DNA of 64,000 bases from Marsupella aquatica (GCA_973895155.1 OZ316896.1:14666684-14730683), one strand, 5' to 3'. Counted from the first letter of the stretch, positions 26,280 to 40,566 are shown. Numbers and translations: made by a program. The notes: a model not told the origin generated them from the sequence alone.

Positions 26280-27683
26280 GACAGCTGGGGGAATATCTAG
26301 ATTGGCAAGGGTTTGGGCCTTTTCCGCTGAAAACTTTCTTCGTCTCATTTAAGGTCATAAAATTTTGACAGATGCATCTTCGTGTGCATTACTCCTTCTA
26401 GAACAGCAGCTCCTGCACACTCATGTCAAACTGAGTTTCCCTTTGTAGGATGGTCCTGATGACAGACTTTTAGATTTTACTCTTAGAGTGCCCCCCCTTC
26501 AGAACCAGTAGTCAGGTCGCTCTTGCAAACTTGTAATATACGTAGTCCTCGGGAATTTGGCAAGTGTAGATTTTCGGTTCTATGGGCAGACCGAAGAAAC
26601 CACATCAATAAAAGGAGAAGAAGCTGTCTAAACCATCAACGTCATGCTAAAGTCACCCAAGTTACTAAGTGGTGAAAGGAGATGACCTAGAAGGAAGTAG
26701 TAGTCGATCGTTCCAGCTTGACGAGGCGTATTCTGGACACGGCTTGCAGTACAGTACCTTTCATAATTGATTCTGGCTTATTCTTCTAAATTCCTTACAA
26801 GGTTTTGACAGAAGTTCCGTAATTTTGAAGTTGAGATGATTCAGTTGCCTTCGAGAACGATATCAACGTTTCAACATTTGTGATAGCTAACTTTCATTTT
26901 GCAGTTTGACCTTAAAATAGTACCACCATTGTCATTCCTTGGGAGATTTATTTTTTTGAGGTTTCAGTTGTGCAGTTGAGCTGGAAACGGATCAATCCTT
27001 TCGACTAGACACTGCGTTTCAGCTTCCACTCGAGTTGTCGTATGCAATCTCTGTTGATTATCAAAAAAGCTCAAGCAGCCTCTCCGTACCTACCTTGAGT
27101 TCCTTTCCAATAAGGTCATTTTCTCGGGACCCCTTTAGCTCTGACCAAATCCAGAGTCTGAAAGTAGGGACTGACCTCGTTAATGAACAGGACACATAGA
27201 CACATGTCTACTTGGATAGCTCTCCCTGGCGAAAGTTCGAGCATTTAAATTGGACAGCTCCCGGGTGAAAAGTTGGAGCTTGTCCGCGGCGTGCTAGCAT
27301 GAAACGCATGGGAGTACTTTCTCTCCCACAAAAAAAAGTTTTGACAGTCCAGAAATTGTTCCGATAGTATCTAAAGTTGTCAGGCCAAACTCGGATGGAA
27401 TCAACAGTCATCATCTACCAGAAACAATCAGATTCCACACCTGAAGCCACTTTTTCACTGAGGGAAGAATACGTGATGTTGCAGAAGGAACGTAAACGAA
27501 TACTCTTCCCTCCTCATAATTAACAAGAATCCGTCCGTCAGCCTGCAGGCCGTCAGGAAAACCTTAACACTCCTGCAAGTACGAAGAAGTGGGGTCTGCA
27601 CTTTCTCTCTACCTCTCGATCGATCCAACTCTCGGTCTCAAATTTAGCCTACGGTGGTGGAAGACCGATGTAAAGCGTGGCAG

Positions 27684-30384
27684 ATGGCCTCAAAAGTTTA
27701 CTTTGGCTCCTTACGATTCTATGCGACATGGGCACTTGTCTTTCTGCAATCCCATCCAGCAATCCTCTGCACCACTGCTGCTGTCCCCTCACAGACACAT
27801 TGGGATCCAACTGATGAGGAGAGGAGTTTTCGACCAGAGCCTCTCCTGCTCCCCTCTGATTCGGCAGATCGAGATGGGATTGGTGAGACTCCAAAGAATT
27901 ACTCACCCTCGGGGATAGAGGCAGAGGGGGAGGCGAAACTAGAGTGCAGAGTTACCGAATTCGGAGCCCAAGGGAACGGACTTAGCTTCGACACAGTTGC
28001 CATTCAGGCTGCCATCAACGCCTGCGCTTTTAAGTACGGCCTCGTTCGGTTTCCTCCCGGCAGATACCTCACAGCCACGATTTTCCTCAAGTCAAATATC
28101 ACTGTCCAGATTGACGCAGGGGCGACCATTCTCGGAAGTCCCTACCAGCGGGATTATCCGACCGAAAGGGACCGCTGGTATGTCATTCTTGCTGAGGGTG
28201 CTGAGAATGTGAAGGTCACAGGGGGTGGAACTATCGACGGGCAGGGACTCAAATTCGTCACGAGGTTCGATCCGAGGAAAAATGTGATGGTAAGCTGGAA
28301 CACTACCGGTGACTGCTATGGTGATGAGTGCCGCCCCCGTTTAATGGGATTTGTTAACTGCAAGAATGTTGCCGTGGGGGATGTGTATCTTCACGAACCA
28401 GCATATTGGTGGTAAGCATCAGCACTCCACTGCGACACTACGGTTCCACGAAAAATTGATGCCTCAAATTAGAAGTGGAGATTCACTTGTCTTTATAGAC
28501 TGCCCTCTTCTTTGGATTTGCCTCTTAGCTCTCAGGTCGTCGTAAGCTGTGGCAACTCTTTCTTTGTGCCGAGGCTTTTGTGTAATTCGAAACCACTGTA
28601 CAATCTTTGCCTTGGACGACACGACTCGGCGGCGAGCCCAACTTCAAGCATTTGTCCATAGGCTCTAGATATCGCACATAGTCAATCCAAATGGGCAAGT
28701 AGGAGCTTGCATTCTAGAAAGCGTTAAGTCGTTTATCCTATCTTCGAGTCTGGGAAGTGTCTCCCTTTCTCCTCAGATTTTTGTGATGTAATTGTAGGGT
28801 TAGGCTTCAAAAAACCTCAGCACGAGAGTAACCATTACTAGTCCGTCTGGTCAAAGACTGCACTTACACAATCATCTCTCCGAGAATCAGAACCATAGAA
28901 TTGGTTCCAATAACATCGCTTGAATTATTTTATTTCATTTTTAAGGGATGAGCATGATAGACTTTTCTGTATTGATACTACATACCAGGAGCTCATCAGT
29001 TTCCACCTATCTCATCTATAAAGTTTACTGGAGTCTTATTTATTTTGACATCCAAAAGTACTAGACTGGGGTCTCTTGATTCTTGTCCCCTTGGGTCTCT
29101 TGACTGACTGTCCCAGGAAAGGCTTGTCGATGACTTTCTTGACTGTCCATTGTCTATATGGTGACAAGGAGTAAATTCTAAGGTTGAGTGAGAATGAGTG
29201 CTGATATTCTAATTCAGAAATAATATCCTCTTGTGCAGCTTGGACATTGTGAGGTCAAATGACGTGCTGATCGAAAATGTCACAATTTATGGTGACTTCA
29301 ATTCGCCCAACAACGATGGTATTGACATTGAAGGCAGTAACAATACCGTAATCAGAGGTTGTCATATTGATACGGGCGATGATGCAATATGCCCAAAGAC
29401 TTCAACTGCTCCACTGTACAATCTGACAGTGTCAGATTGTTGGATCAGGACGAAGTCATGTGCAGTAAAGCTGGGCAGTGGTTCATCTTTTGATTTTCAT
29501 GCATTGCGATTTGAAAGGCTCAAAATCGTGGATTCTCACAGAGGGCTTGGTTTCCAAATCCGTGACTCAGGTAAATGTCTTGTTTGTTCAGACTTCCGCG
29601 CCCAGACTAAAAAATCGTTTTGAAAGCTTTTGGCAGATATACTGGTGAATTTACAAATTCAACTTCTGTCTTGTCTCGCAATTGAAATCGTTGACTGGAT
29701 AGGCGTACTTTTCAGGATTAAATGTACAATCACTGCCTGAATAATGAACAGAGACGCAGGGAACTAAAGACTTGTTTGCTGTAATGATCTTACAACTTTT
29801 GCTTCCAACTAGGATCCTCACCCTTACCAAGCTTCCAACTCTCGTTCAAATTATTTCGTGGATACTGCCGGGAAGAAGCTCACCCAGGTTGTATATTTGC
29901 AGGCAGCGTTTCTGATGTCACATTTGCCAATATCGAAATGTCTACCCGTTACTATGATCCATTATGGTGGGGACGAGCAGAGCCAATATACATCACAGCT
30001 TGTCCACGAGACACCTCTACAATCGTTGGCTCGATCACAGGTTTACAGTTTGTTAACATTTCGGCAACTTCAGAAAATGGGATTTTTCTGGCAGGTTCCC
30101 CAAATAGCATATTGAGAGATGTTGTCTTCCGTAATGTTTCTCTGTCCTACATACATTCAGACTCCACTCCTGAGACCCTTTACCATGACTACAGACCAGG
30201 CTGTCAGGGACTGGTTGCTCACCCAAGTTCAGGTTTGTTTATGGAATATGCATCAGACATAAGTTTCAGGGACGTGACCATAAAATGGGCTGCAAACGTT
30301 ACTTGGAACTTACCATTAGAATTTACCCCCACAACTGTGGGAAGCTTTCGACTAGTAAATTTCTCTTCCTCAACGGATTTGTAA
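27684..30384 (+). CDS. Glycoside hydrolase family 28 (polygalacturonase-like), secreted, 3 exons
   Basis: Exons 27684-28411, 29239-29570, 29903-30384. Hydrophobic N-terminus; VTEFGAQGNGLSFDTVAIQAAINAC, GGGTIDGQG, SPNNDGIDI, TGDDAICPK, WWGRAEPIYITACPR. The start codon is inferred. Confidence 0.92.
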
Positions 30385-32108
30385 TGTCTGCTCTGGGTTG
30401 AAAGAAATCGTTCAGTATCTAATGGCTCTAGGAATCCTCCGTTGGCCTTGTAAGTTTCCCTTGTAAATATTGATACTACAGAGTTACTGCCGACGCTATT
30501 CCATAATCTCGATTTGGGTCCAAGATCTTGCAATTATTGTGTTTGTTTAGACTTTGTATGATGAGGAGGCCAGTGAACTGAGGCAGAGCTCCTCAGAATT
30601 TCGGTCATTTGAAAAAGGGCTCCTCTACTACGGTGATTGTTAAGTCTGGCACACGACCCATGAGGGTAAGCCATGACTGTGTATTATGAAATATGTTTAC
30701 TTGCGGTGCGACTCTGGATGGAAGCTAACACGATGCATGATGAAAGAATTCCTGAGTGCCTCTTTGTGGTCTGCCCATTCACCTACGGGCCAGGGCTTAA
30801 TCGGTGTGGCACTGCCGTGTCTATCACCAACCCCTTGCGCCCCAAACTTAACATTTCTTTGCTAAGACACGATAATCTATTCAGTGAATGTTTTACACTC
30901 TGCAATCTTCAGGCTCATTACACGTTGCATAAAGAGAAGTGGAGGATTGTCTCTCACTATCAAGTGAAACCAGAGTGTGTTTGCAAAATGGTCTGGAACC
31001 TGAACCTTAATTGGTGTTACTAACGCAAAACTGGTTGAATCAGAATTACTTGCCTCCTTTTGTAGGTTCCACCAAACTAATGTGAAGGGACCCTATTTAT
31101 AGAGTTGCCATGAGGGAAGAGTCTGCAGGGACTGATCCAGTGAATCAACTGACCCAAATTTTTGGAGCTAACACCTGTAACAGCTTATTTATCATATCCA
31201 GATCTTCACTGCAACATCCAAGTCGGGAATATGATCAAAGATGGATTTACTTTTGTACATAATCATGCTCTGTTACCACGGGCCTGTGGACTATAATGCC
31301 CTGGTAACAGAGTGTGAATCAGCTTGAATTTCTGAAAGATATTTCACCCTTGCTGTTTTTTTACTCTTTTTATTTTCTTGGCACTGGAACACACTCTTAG
31401 GAACTGAACTTCACACTTTCTACCAAATGACAACCTTTACTATGTTTAACACTTTTTTCTGTTTTTCAGACTTGAAAGCAAACTTGGAAACTGAACTTTT
31501 ACACTTTCTACCAAAAGACAAATAAGGGCAAGTTACATGCTGCCCAAGTCCAGCCTGCCTGTTCCAAAATACACTAGAATATAATGATGAAAAGATTTAA
31601 GTACATAGTAAAGTTGTTTACAGGGTCTTGTAACCTACAATGCACCCCAAAATGAGAGCTTTCAAAACATGAGAGCTTCCGCCCATAATGCTCTGGTAAC
31701 ATGACTTTGATCTCAATAATAAATTGCAAACAAAAGCTAGAGTTGGGGCCTAGGCTTTAGAGTCGCCCCACCAAAATTTGTAGATGGAGAGAACGACAAG
31801 CCATCATTCCTATTAACATTCAAAGAATGTGCATCCAGGTCCATACCACTTAAGGTCTAAGAGATTATTTCTACAAATTTTTGTAGAAGTAAAGGATAAT
31901 CTTCATTACCAGTTGATCCAAATCTTGAGGATGAGTTCTTCTCCATGAAAAACTTACAAAGGGAAAAACAAGAAAGGCCTTAAGTTCCATGACACATGCA
32001 AAAAACAGGAGCATAACCAAGGCGGGCATTTCTTTTGATTCAAGGTGAACCAACTGAGCGATAAAGACTCAAACATAGGAACATCTATATACTAATGGTG
32101 AAGAGAAG

Positions 32109-32160
32109 CTAGAGTCGGGGTCTAGGCTTTTAGAGTGAAGCCTCTAGACCCTGACTCTAG
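32109..32160. repeat. short hairpin / dispersed MITE-like fragment
   Basis: ctagagtcggggtctag...ctagaccctgactctag forms a 16/17 inverted repeat. Related fragments lie at ~31735-31780, ~13595-13680 (inverted) and ~49980-50060. Confidence 0.55.
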
Positions 32161-32252
32161 GGCCCCACCAAAATTTATGTTGATGGAAAGAAGGAATGGA
32201 TGTTATGCATGTCAAGATGATGATCATACATGAGAATCTAGTGGTTTTAAGT

Positions 32253-32595
32253 AACATTCAAAGAATGGGCATTGAGTAGATTATCATGGTTTTTTATTAA
32301 AGTCCAAAGAATGGGCATTGAGGCTCATGAGGAGGAAAGGCGGGTGTGTGTTTTGGTGGTTGAGATTATCATGGTTTTTATAAATATCTGAAGAATGGGC
32401 ATTGAGCAGATTATCATGGTTTGTATTAACATTCAAAGAATGCCACTGAGTAGATTATCATGGTTTTTACCCTCAAGGTTTGTTAACATTCAAAGAATGG
32501 CATTGAGTCGATTATCATGATTTTTAATCTCATGGTTTTCAATAATATTCAAAGAGTGGGCATTGAGGCTCGTGAGGAGGAAAGGCGGGTGTGTT
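32253..32595. repeat. ~45-60-nt degenerate tandem array directly upstream of MnmE
   Basis: Six copies of an aacattcaaagaatgggcattgag core. Four continue agattatcatggtttt-like and two continue gctc(a/g)tgaggaggaaaggcgggtgtgt. Confidence 0.85.
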
Positions 32596-32719
32596 GTTTC
32601 GGGCCCCATGGTTCTCTTGCATACCGTATCATCGTCTCTCGTTACTTGGCGCCATAGCAGACAGGCAGACAGAAATTGATCCGGTGCTACTGTTCCGATG
32701 TTATGCTGAGCCCGGAGCG

Positions 32720-35700
32720 ATGGCGATGGTTATGGCTCGTGTGCTTAGACAGCTCGCCTTTGCTTCTTCTGCCCATTTCCGCTTTTGCAGGTGTCATTTC
32801 TTCCCCAACCTTCAAGCCTCCCGAAGAGAGTGGCAAGAGTCGGTCATTACTTGTAGACATTTGTGTTTCGTAGTTGTGACGAGGTTTCTGAGCTGTCAGC
32901 GATGGAGGTTTAGACCACCCTGAGCCACACTGAGGCTCGCTGTAAGGAGTCGTTTCGAAATGATTTGGGAAGTCATTTTGCAAAAGAATCTAGGATGTGT
33001 TGCGTGGAAGTGCTCACATGTTGCGCATTTCGTGTCTCCTGTAAAATTTGATCACGCTGCTTTCCTTGACTCATTGCACAGGGTTTGCCAACATGTACGC
33101 CGGAGCTCTGTGCCTAAAACGAAGATCGTGTTCGTGAGAAGTTCATCGCAATCTTCGCATACCGCTCGACAGTCTGGTATATCTAGTGTAGAAGTAATTG
33201 TACATTAATTGCCGCTATTTTCCAAAATATGGACTCGATCAAAGTCCGCAGGTCTCAACATAGTGCCAATTAAGTTTAGCTGACGTTGTTATTGTTGCGC
33301 TCTTTCGGGGATTTCTTCACTTATGTAGATCAATTGAATTGTGAAGTCCTCGTCATTAATTATTTCAAAAGTCCAACCGTTTCCTGAATCTGCCCCGGCT
33401 TTCTTTCTGCAGCTGGGTTTTCCGTCCTCCATGACGATGCAAGGAATGCTAAAATGGTACCCGACGGACGATCAAAAGAGTCACTTCCATCTTACGCGCA
33501 TGATGATACCATAGCTGCCATCGTTACATCACTCGGGGGCCAAGAGGGTTCAGTGGCCATCGTGAGACTTTCAGGTTCAGCTGCTGTTGCAATTACTTCG
33601 CAGCTCTTCCGACCTTTAAAAAGAGTTCCAAATAAGCCAACTTTTTCAGACGATTCATCCTGGCAGCCAGAGAGCCATCGTGTACAGTACGGGACTTTGG
33701 TGGATGCTTATGGCTCGACAATAGACGAGGTAGACTCCATTATAAAATCTGTGAAGGATTTTCTTAACCAGTTCCTTTCCATCATAGCCGAAGCGAATCT
33801 TGCCGGTATTGAGCGGGGAAGAAGCCAGACAAGTGAAAATGGAACGTACCGTGTTTGTGTTTTCTCAGCTCAGGGGAGAGTTTCTGACTTTACTTCTTAC
33901 CTTTTATTTCGATATGTTGTGCTTGAATACTAACCTCTTTGTACTCTTTGATAAGGTGTTGGTGGTGCCTATGTTAGCACCACGGTCGTACACAAGAGAA
34001 GATGTCGTGGAGCTTCAGTGTCATGGCGGTGATATTTGCGTACGACGAATATTGCAACTTTGCCTCGAAGCTGGTGCTAGGCTTGCGAAACCTGGTCCGT
34101 TTCGAAACTCACCCCATGTTTTAATATGAGCTAGGCATTTTATTTAATCAACAGCGAAAACTTAAAGCAGAGAAACTCCACTAGGCACCCTGCCGACGGA
34201 TAATTAAAATAAATCCACACATTTTAACACGAGATTCATCGACATCGAAGAATCAATTTAGGAGTAAGTTCTCGAAATCTGCGTTAAAGTCATAATATGA
34301 ACTTTCAAATTATTCGATGTAAGACCGCCCAGCTCATTTCGATACTCTGCCCTATAACATTTGCTGAATATCTGTGCTATCTGTGTCCTCATAGGTCAAT
34401 TTAGCTGATGAGCATTATTTATGTCAATAATAGGTGAATTTACGTTGCGAGCTTTTTTGAATGGGCGCTTAGACCTGGCACAAGCTGAGAGTGTTGCTCA
34501 GCTGATTTCTGCTAGAACTTCAACGGCTGCAGAGACAGCATTAGCTGGAATGCAGGTGAGCAAGGTGGCTATTACCCGGGCTGACAGCGAGAGATGATTG
34601 TTATGGGGTTAGATGGCGTGTGAACTTACACATGACTTGGGTTGAATTTAAAATACTACATTACATACTTTGGAGCATGTGTATGAGGTCCAAGAGGATT
34701 TAGGGAAATACAGATCACTGTCTCTTCCAATCGGACTTCAGGTATTGGTTTAGAATGCTGTCCAAGGTTTGCTAGAAATGAGAGGGAGGGAATATGGCTG
34801 TCCTCCTCAACACTTGAAGCAGGTCGCAAGCTCTGAAGACTTGGGAATAGTTTCTGAATCATATTCATTCTTGGTAGGCAGTCCTCAACGTCTAGCAATG
34901 ATCCTTGAGAAAATAAGCTCGAGACATTTGAGGTTTTTCGTGCCAGTAGAGGATAGAGGAAGCTGGATAACACTTCTGATACTTTTGTGGATGTCGTGCT
35001 GTGTCCAGGGTGGTATTTCCTCCCTAGTGCAGATGCTCCGCTTAGAATGCCTTGAGCTACTGGGGGACATTGAAGCTCGCCTAGATTTTGAGGATGAGAT
35101 GCCAATTCTAGAACAAAGCGAAGTAATCAGCAGGGTCTACTCTATATCGGAGCGCATACAAGACGCGTTGGCAACTGCCAAGCGAGGACAATTATTGCAA
35201 GCTGGACTACAGGTACGAGATTCGGGTGTTGTATTGGCCTGTGAACAGAAGTGTTGACCAAGAACTTGTTGATCATTCCAACAAGAATCTCCGGTATGAA
35301 TGTAACACTTCGTAATCTAGCCAATTGTAAACAACCGTAGGAAAGAATCAATACCGTTTACATGGGACTAGGATCAATTCATCTTATGCAGTTGATTCTT
35401 TGGATGTATCTGATGGTATTCCTTGCAAACCCTTCGACCTAAACATACGTCAATTGTGCTCCTCTTCTCAAATGTTGAATCCTGTCGTCTTGCATTTGTG
35501 GAGAAAGCTGTGGCTGACATCATCTTGAGATAATTCAAAAATTCGGTATAAGGACGGTATGACGATACAGACAATTAGGTCTCAGGGCTTGCTGCTATGG
35601 CATCACCATTGACACCTTTGGCCTGCTGATCTGATTATTTCATGGCAACTTTTAATGATCAGGTGGCGATAGTTGGTAGACCAAATGTTGGAAAGTCGAG

Positions 35701-37319
35701 CTTACTGAATGCCTGGAGCCAAGTAGGTGAGTCTGTTCTCCTACTTGTGTGTGTCTATGAAGATTCAGAAGGTTCCTAACGAGAAATTGACCTGTGACAC
35801 ATGAATTGTCCTCGCAACACTATCCAAGGTGTTCGAAAACGCTGACAAAAGGTGTCTGTTCATGGATGTGCAGAGTAACAGAGCTATCGTCACCGATATT
35901 CCAGGAACTACACGAGATGTTGTGGAGGCCGTGGTGGTGGTTGGGGGCATAAGTGTCAAACTTCTTGACACTGCTGGCATCCGCGACACTGATGATATTG
36001 TGGAGAGTATCGGTAAGAGGCCCAAACCCTTCCTCTATGAATGATCTTCCCTGCCAATTTTCGGTCTGTGAAATCAATTCATTGAATACCCTGAAACGTT
36101 TCTTGGAAGTGAAATGAAACTATATGTAAGCTGGAATTTCTTCGTTATCAAATTCACGTTTTTCTGTGCTTGACGATATATCGTTCTGGGCTTGCCTTAC
36201 ATGGGGTAATATTGTGCAGGTGTGCAGAGATCAATGGCAGCTGCACGAGGGGCAGATGTGATCATGATGGTAGTAAGTGCCTGTGATGGCTGGACAAATG
36301 AGGATGACGAAATATTTGGCAGCCTGTGGGACCGTCCGGATTCTGAAGGGATGACATCGTCACCCGAGGTTGACAGTAGTTATGCAATGGTGAGTGAGCA
36401 GGACTGTTTGTGCAAACAGCATTGTTTACCATTCAGCAGGGACGAAACTGGAATACGTTAAGCATGTCATTTTTCGTTCTATTTTTCGTGTTGGAGCCAT
36501 ATTTTTCCTGACAATTTGATCTTTTCTGTCTTCGGTTGCAGCGGCATGGTCAAATACCTTCAATCCTAGTCATTAATAAAGTTGACACAGCGGCAGCGGC
36601 ATCCGTTGTTCTTCCAAAGCATGTGACTCAAACATTCTCTGCTGTTATTCTAACTTGTGCTCTACAAAGCGTGGGCCTACATGACTTGGAGTCAGCTATG
36701 CTTAAGTTAGTTGGCGTTGGTAGCGTGAACTCAGATGGCCGCCAGTGGGCTGTGAATCAGGTATGCCAATAACAAAAGTTGCTGTCAGGGGAAGTGGGGA
36801 AGTACATATCAATAAACGTCATCCATGTTTAGACCCAATCTTGGTCCTGTCGAACCTCAAAAAACAGCATCATGTACAGTAGATTGGTATGCCAGATATC
36901 AGCAGCTCGAACGTGAGGGCCGACGCTGCATTTGGCTGCCGGTGGCACCGAAAGAATTTTGATGGTCCATAAACAATCTCCATAAGGCCTTATAGTCAGA
37001 GGGTAAATCAAAAGATTGTAGGCGTTGACAATGCCTGTGAAGAATTCATGATCTATGCAAAAATCTGTGTAGCATAAGTTGCCCCTATTCTAATGCACTT
37101 GGTTCCCTTGTGTGTTTTTTGTAGCGACAAGCTGAACAATTAGTGAGGGCCAGCGAAGCCTTGCAGCGCGTCAAGGATTCCTCATATCAGGACTTTCCAC
37201 TTGACTTGTGGACAGTAGATCTCAAAGAAGCTGCAATAGCTCTAGGTCAGATTAGTGGAGACGACGTCACAGAAGAAGTTTTATCCAGCATATTCAGCCG
37301 CTTTTGCATAGGCAAGTAA
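32720..37319 (+). CDS. mnmE: tRNA modification GTPase MnmE/TrmE (organellar), 11 exons
   Basis: Exons 32720-32790, 33082-33176, 33413-33729, 33956-34094, 34434-34555, 35009-35212, 35663-35722, 35874-36012, 36220-36389, 36542-36760, 37125-37319. Motifs [55 protein letters not shown] (G1), PGTTRD, DTAG, NKVD and terminal FCIGK. The N-terminus resembles a transit peptide; exons 1-2 are less certain. Confidence 0.95.
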
Positions 37320-38335
37320 AATATGCAGTAGACATGATAGTCGGCCTCAGGCTTTAGTGCAGGTAAGCATGTGGGATGATTTCTTTCATATGTGGAATAT
37401 TCCACTCTACCGTGTCGTCAGTCCGTCGTTTGGGACGAGCAGTGTGTGCTTCAGGCGTTCAGCGAGACGTGCCTGTTACCATTCAGTGTTTTCTCGTTGA
37501 AACGTACAAATCCACCAGCAGATCGACTGAACTTCCCAGAAAGACGGCTTCCGGCCTGATCGTTTGTGATACCGCAGTGGGTTGAATTTTCACTCTTCTT
37601 AGTAAATAGATCCCCGTCTTCCTCCTCGAGGGTACGAAGGGGTTAAAGTACGAGGCATCCTAGTCCCCGAAAGAAGGATTGCAAAACAGAGAAATTGTGG
37701 AGTCAACCTCATAAATTAATAATTGTGAATTGTTGTCTCATTTCTTTGGCAAAAGATCACTGCCCCGAGGTGAAAGGGCATCAGTACCTGGAATCTGGAA
37801 GCCAGTTCCATACCTCTCTCCGTATACCCCAACGTCATCAGGGAAAATATAACCAGCCCATAAATGACTACCAACGAAATCTATGTCCAGTGAGAACACT
37901 CCGAACAAGTTACATGCGCTTTGCATTCATCCCGTAGACCCGTAACTACACTGTTTCCCCATTATTAGCGGTTAAGTTGGAGTTGAGATCTTCAATTGTA
38001 TAAAGAAACACACTTTCGAATTGTGATCAACCGTAGCGTGAAATAGGGAGGAACCAGGATATTTGTGGATTTCTATATGTACATAATTCAATGATGTGTT
38101 TGGCATTGGAGTAGGGAAAATCTCAGGTTCAAAATTTTTCATTTCTACAAAATTGGTTCTTCCTACAAAATGTTAGTCCCAGCAAGGCCGAGGGAAATGT
38201 GTACCTTGATTGTTGTTTATCATGCTGAAGTGTCTGTGTAATCATTTTCATTTGGACATTTTTTTTTGCCTTAAAATTCATTTGGACACTTTGCTTCACA
38301 TGGTCCTTTCTGTGTCACCTGGCCATCCCCCAGGT

Positions 38336-38586
38336 GTCCTGGCCATTACCCTTATCACCTCAGGTCCTTGCAGGGACGTTGCACTTCCCTTGGCAACTTC
38401 CCCTACCACCCTTTGTTTCTCTCTCCACACAAATGAACAGACAACGCTACTATTTGCCATCTTCCCTGTCTCCTGGCCATTACCCATATCACCTCAGGTC
38501 CTTGCAGGGACATTTCACTTCACTTGGCAACTTCCCCTATCACCCTTTGTTTCTCCCTGCACACAAATGAACAGACAGCACTACTA
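38336..38586. repeat. ~135-bp tandem duplication
   Basis: cctggccattaccc..atcacctcaggtccttgcaggg...cacacaaatgaacagaca occurs twice (~38338 and ~38472). Confidence 0.85.
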
Positions 38587-39487
38587 GTTGTCAAGCCCTC
38601 ACTTTGCTCGGGAATATTGGGAAGAGGAAACCCGGATGGACACAAATATTTGACACTACTTGAACAGACACATGAAGGTAATCCTCCATTTCTTCCTTTG
38701 CAGTCTCAGGGGAGGTCCCCAGCCATAACCCTCTGTAGCCTAGCCTGGAGGTTCAAAGTCTCATTATTGCCAGCCAGCCTCACCAGGTTTCAAATTTTCA
38801 AAGTTTTACTCAGAAAAACATTACAATGACATGATATGGAAGTGTGAGAGGTTGTATATACACACTAACAAAGGGAACCCAAGTCCTTGAGTCCAATAAG
38901 AAGTGAGACAGCTCCATGGACAGAATGTGGGAGGAATCTAGTAAAAACCCTCTCTCTACCTATCCAATGCACATTTGCATCTCATCTTGATAGTGTAAAA
39001 CCAGCTATGTGTGATAAAATTTAGAAGTTTTGTTTGTGTCCATCACGGTGTCATGTATCCATGGGGTATCGTGTCAAATATTTGGGTGTAGTTGTGGAAT
39101 CTCGGAAAGAAGTTACGTTAGACACATATTTCAAGAATATTCCAAACATCATTCTTTTCAGTGTATTGTCCTGAGCTAGGGAGAGCTCTAGGAGAACTCC
39201 TCAGTGTGTATTCCTTCCTTCCCTTCATCTATTTGTCTATAGACAGTGACAAATACCAGGTGACCCAGAGAAACAGAGGGGGCCACAATGACATAGCATA
39301 CTTGACGCGGCATAATGTTGGAAGTGATCTACTCACCAAGGGCTCTAAGTAAGCTCAGGTCTGACCACATAACATTATTAACCGGTGACACGAGAAATAG
39401 AGAGTGCCAAGGTGATATAGCATATGTAATAACTATTTGGATGTGAATTTCACAGGTGACTAGGACCTTGTTGAGCAAAGACTACAT

Positions 39488-40566
39488 TGTCGTGCGCATA
39501 CATATCGTTACACAACATACATCGCTTGTCACATACATCCAGACATAGTCACACTGCCACATCACAAACACAAGAGAATGGAATACAAGTGGAACTCATG
39601 TCCACACATGTCCAAAACCCACAATCAATCACCATACTTTCGGCACAACGATCTCGGTCAACAATACCCCATCGATCCCGCACCGATCCGATCACACACG
39701 TATGTCAAGCCAACGCATCTTGCACTACTCAAGGAATCCACGTTACACAAGCGGAGCTCACAGCCACCATAGCCACACTCAAGCTCCTCTCTCTCCAAGG
39801 CTCAACATTGAAAGATGACCTTTCAATGCCTCACAAGTGAGAAGTACCCTCTCACACAAACCTGACGGAACCTTATCGGCTTCAATAGCACTCATACCAA
39901 ACGTACATACTCTAATAGCACGATATACTACTACACTACTCATAATGGTGTGACAGCTGTCGTGCGCATACATATCGCTACACAACATACATCGCTTGTC
40001 ACATACATCCAGACATAGTCACACTGCCACATCACAAACACAAGAGAATGGAATACAAGTGGAACTCATGTCCACACATGTCCAAAACCCACAATCAATC
40101 ACCATACTTTCGGCACAACGATCCCGGTCAACAATACCCCATCGATCCCGCACCGATCCGATCACACACGTATGTCAAGCCAACGCATCTTGCACTACTC
40201 AAGGAATCCACGTTACACAAGCGGAGCTCACAGCCACCATAGCCACACTCAAGCTCCTCTCTCTCCAAGGCTCAACATTGAAAGATGACCTTTCAATGCC
40301 TCACAAGTGAGAAGTACCCTCTCACACAAACCTGACGGAACCTTATCGGCTTCAATAGCACTCATACCAAACGTACATACTCTAATAGCACGATATACTA
40401 CTACACTACTCATAATGGTGTGACAGCTGTCGTGCGCATACATATCGCTACACAACATACATCGCTTGTCACATACATCCAGACATAGTCACACTGCCAC
40501 ATCACAAACACAAGAGAATGGAATACAAGTGGAACTCATGTCCACACATGTCCAAAACCCACAATC
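39488..40566 (-). repeat. 3' terminal repeat block B-gc-A-B-gc-A-B (470-bp period)
   Basis: Near-identical 470-bp tandem units (1-2 substitutions), with junction sequence tgacaGCtgtcg at 39951-39962 and 40421-40432. Confidence 0.95.

Noticed and set aside
31264-31316. Hairpin ctctgttacca...tggtaacagag
   Set aside because: It is a short isolated stem, too small for a miRNA precursor, with no TSD or other support.
32253-32595. CRISPR-like look of repeat units (also 22562-22993 and 54300-54500)
   Set aside because: The context is eukaryotic, the repeats are degenerate, the intervening sequences are themselves repeated rather than unique spacers, and there are no cas genes.
33061-33081. U12-like branch sequence TTCCTTGAC in MnmE intron 1
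   Set aside because: The matching donor (GTGTCA) has no U12 consensus, so it is treated as U2-type or chance.
39487-40458. Duplicated 64-117-aa ORFs in the terminal repeat block
   Set aside because: They simply mirror the 470-bp nucleotide repeat and show no protein motif.
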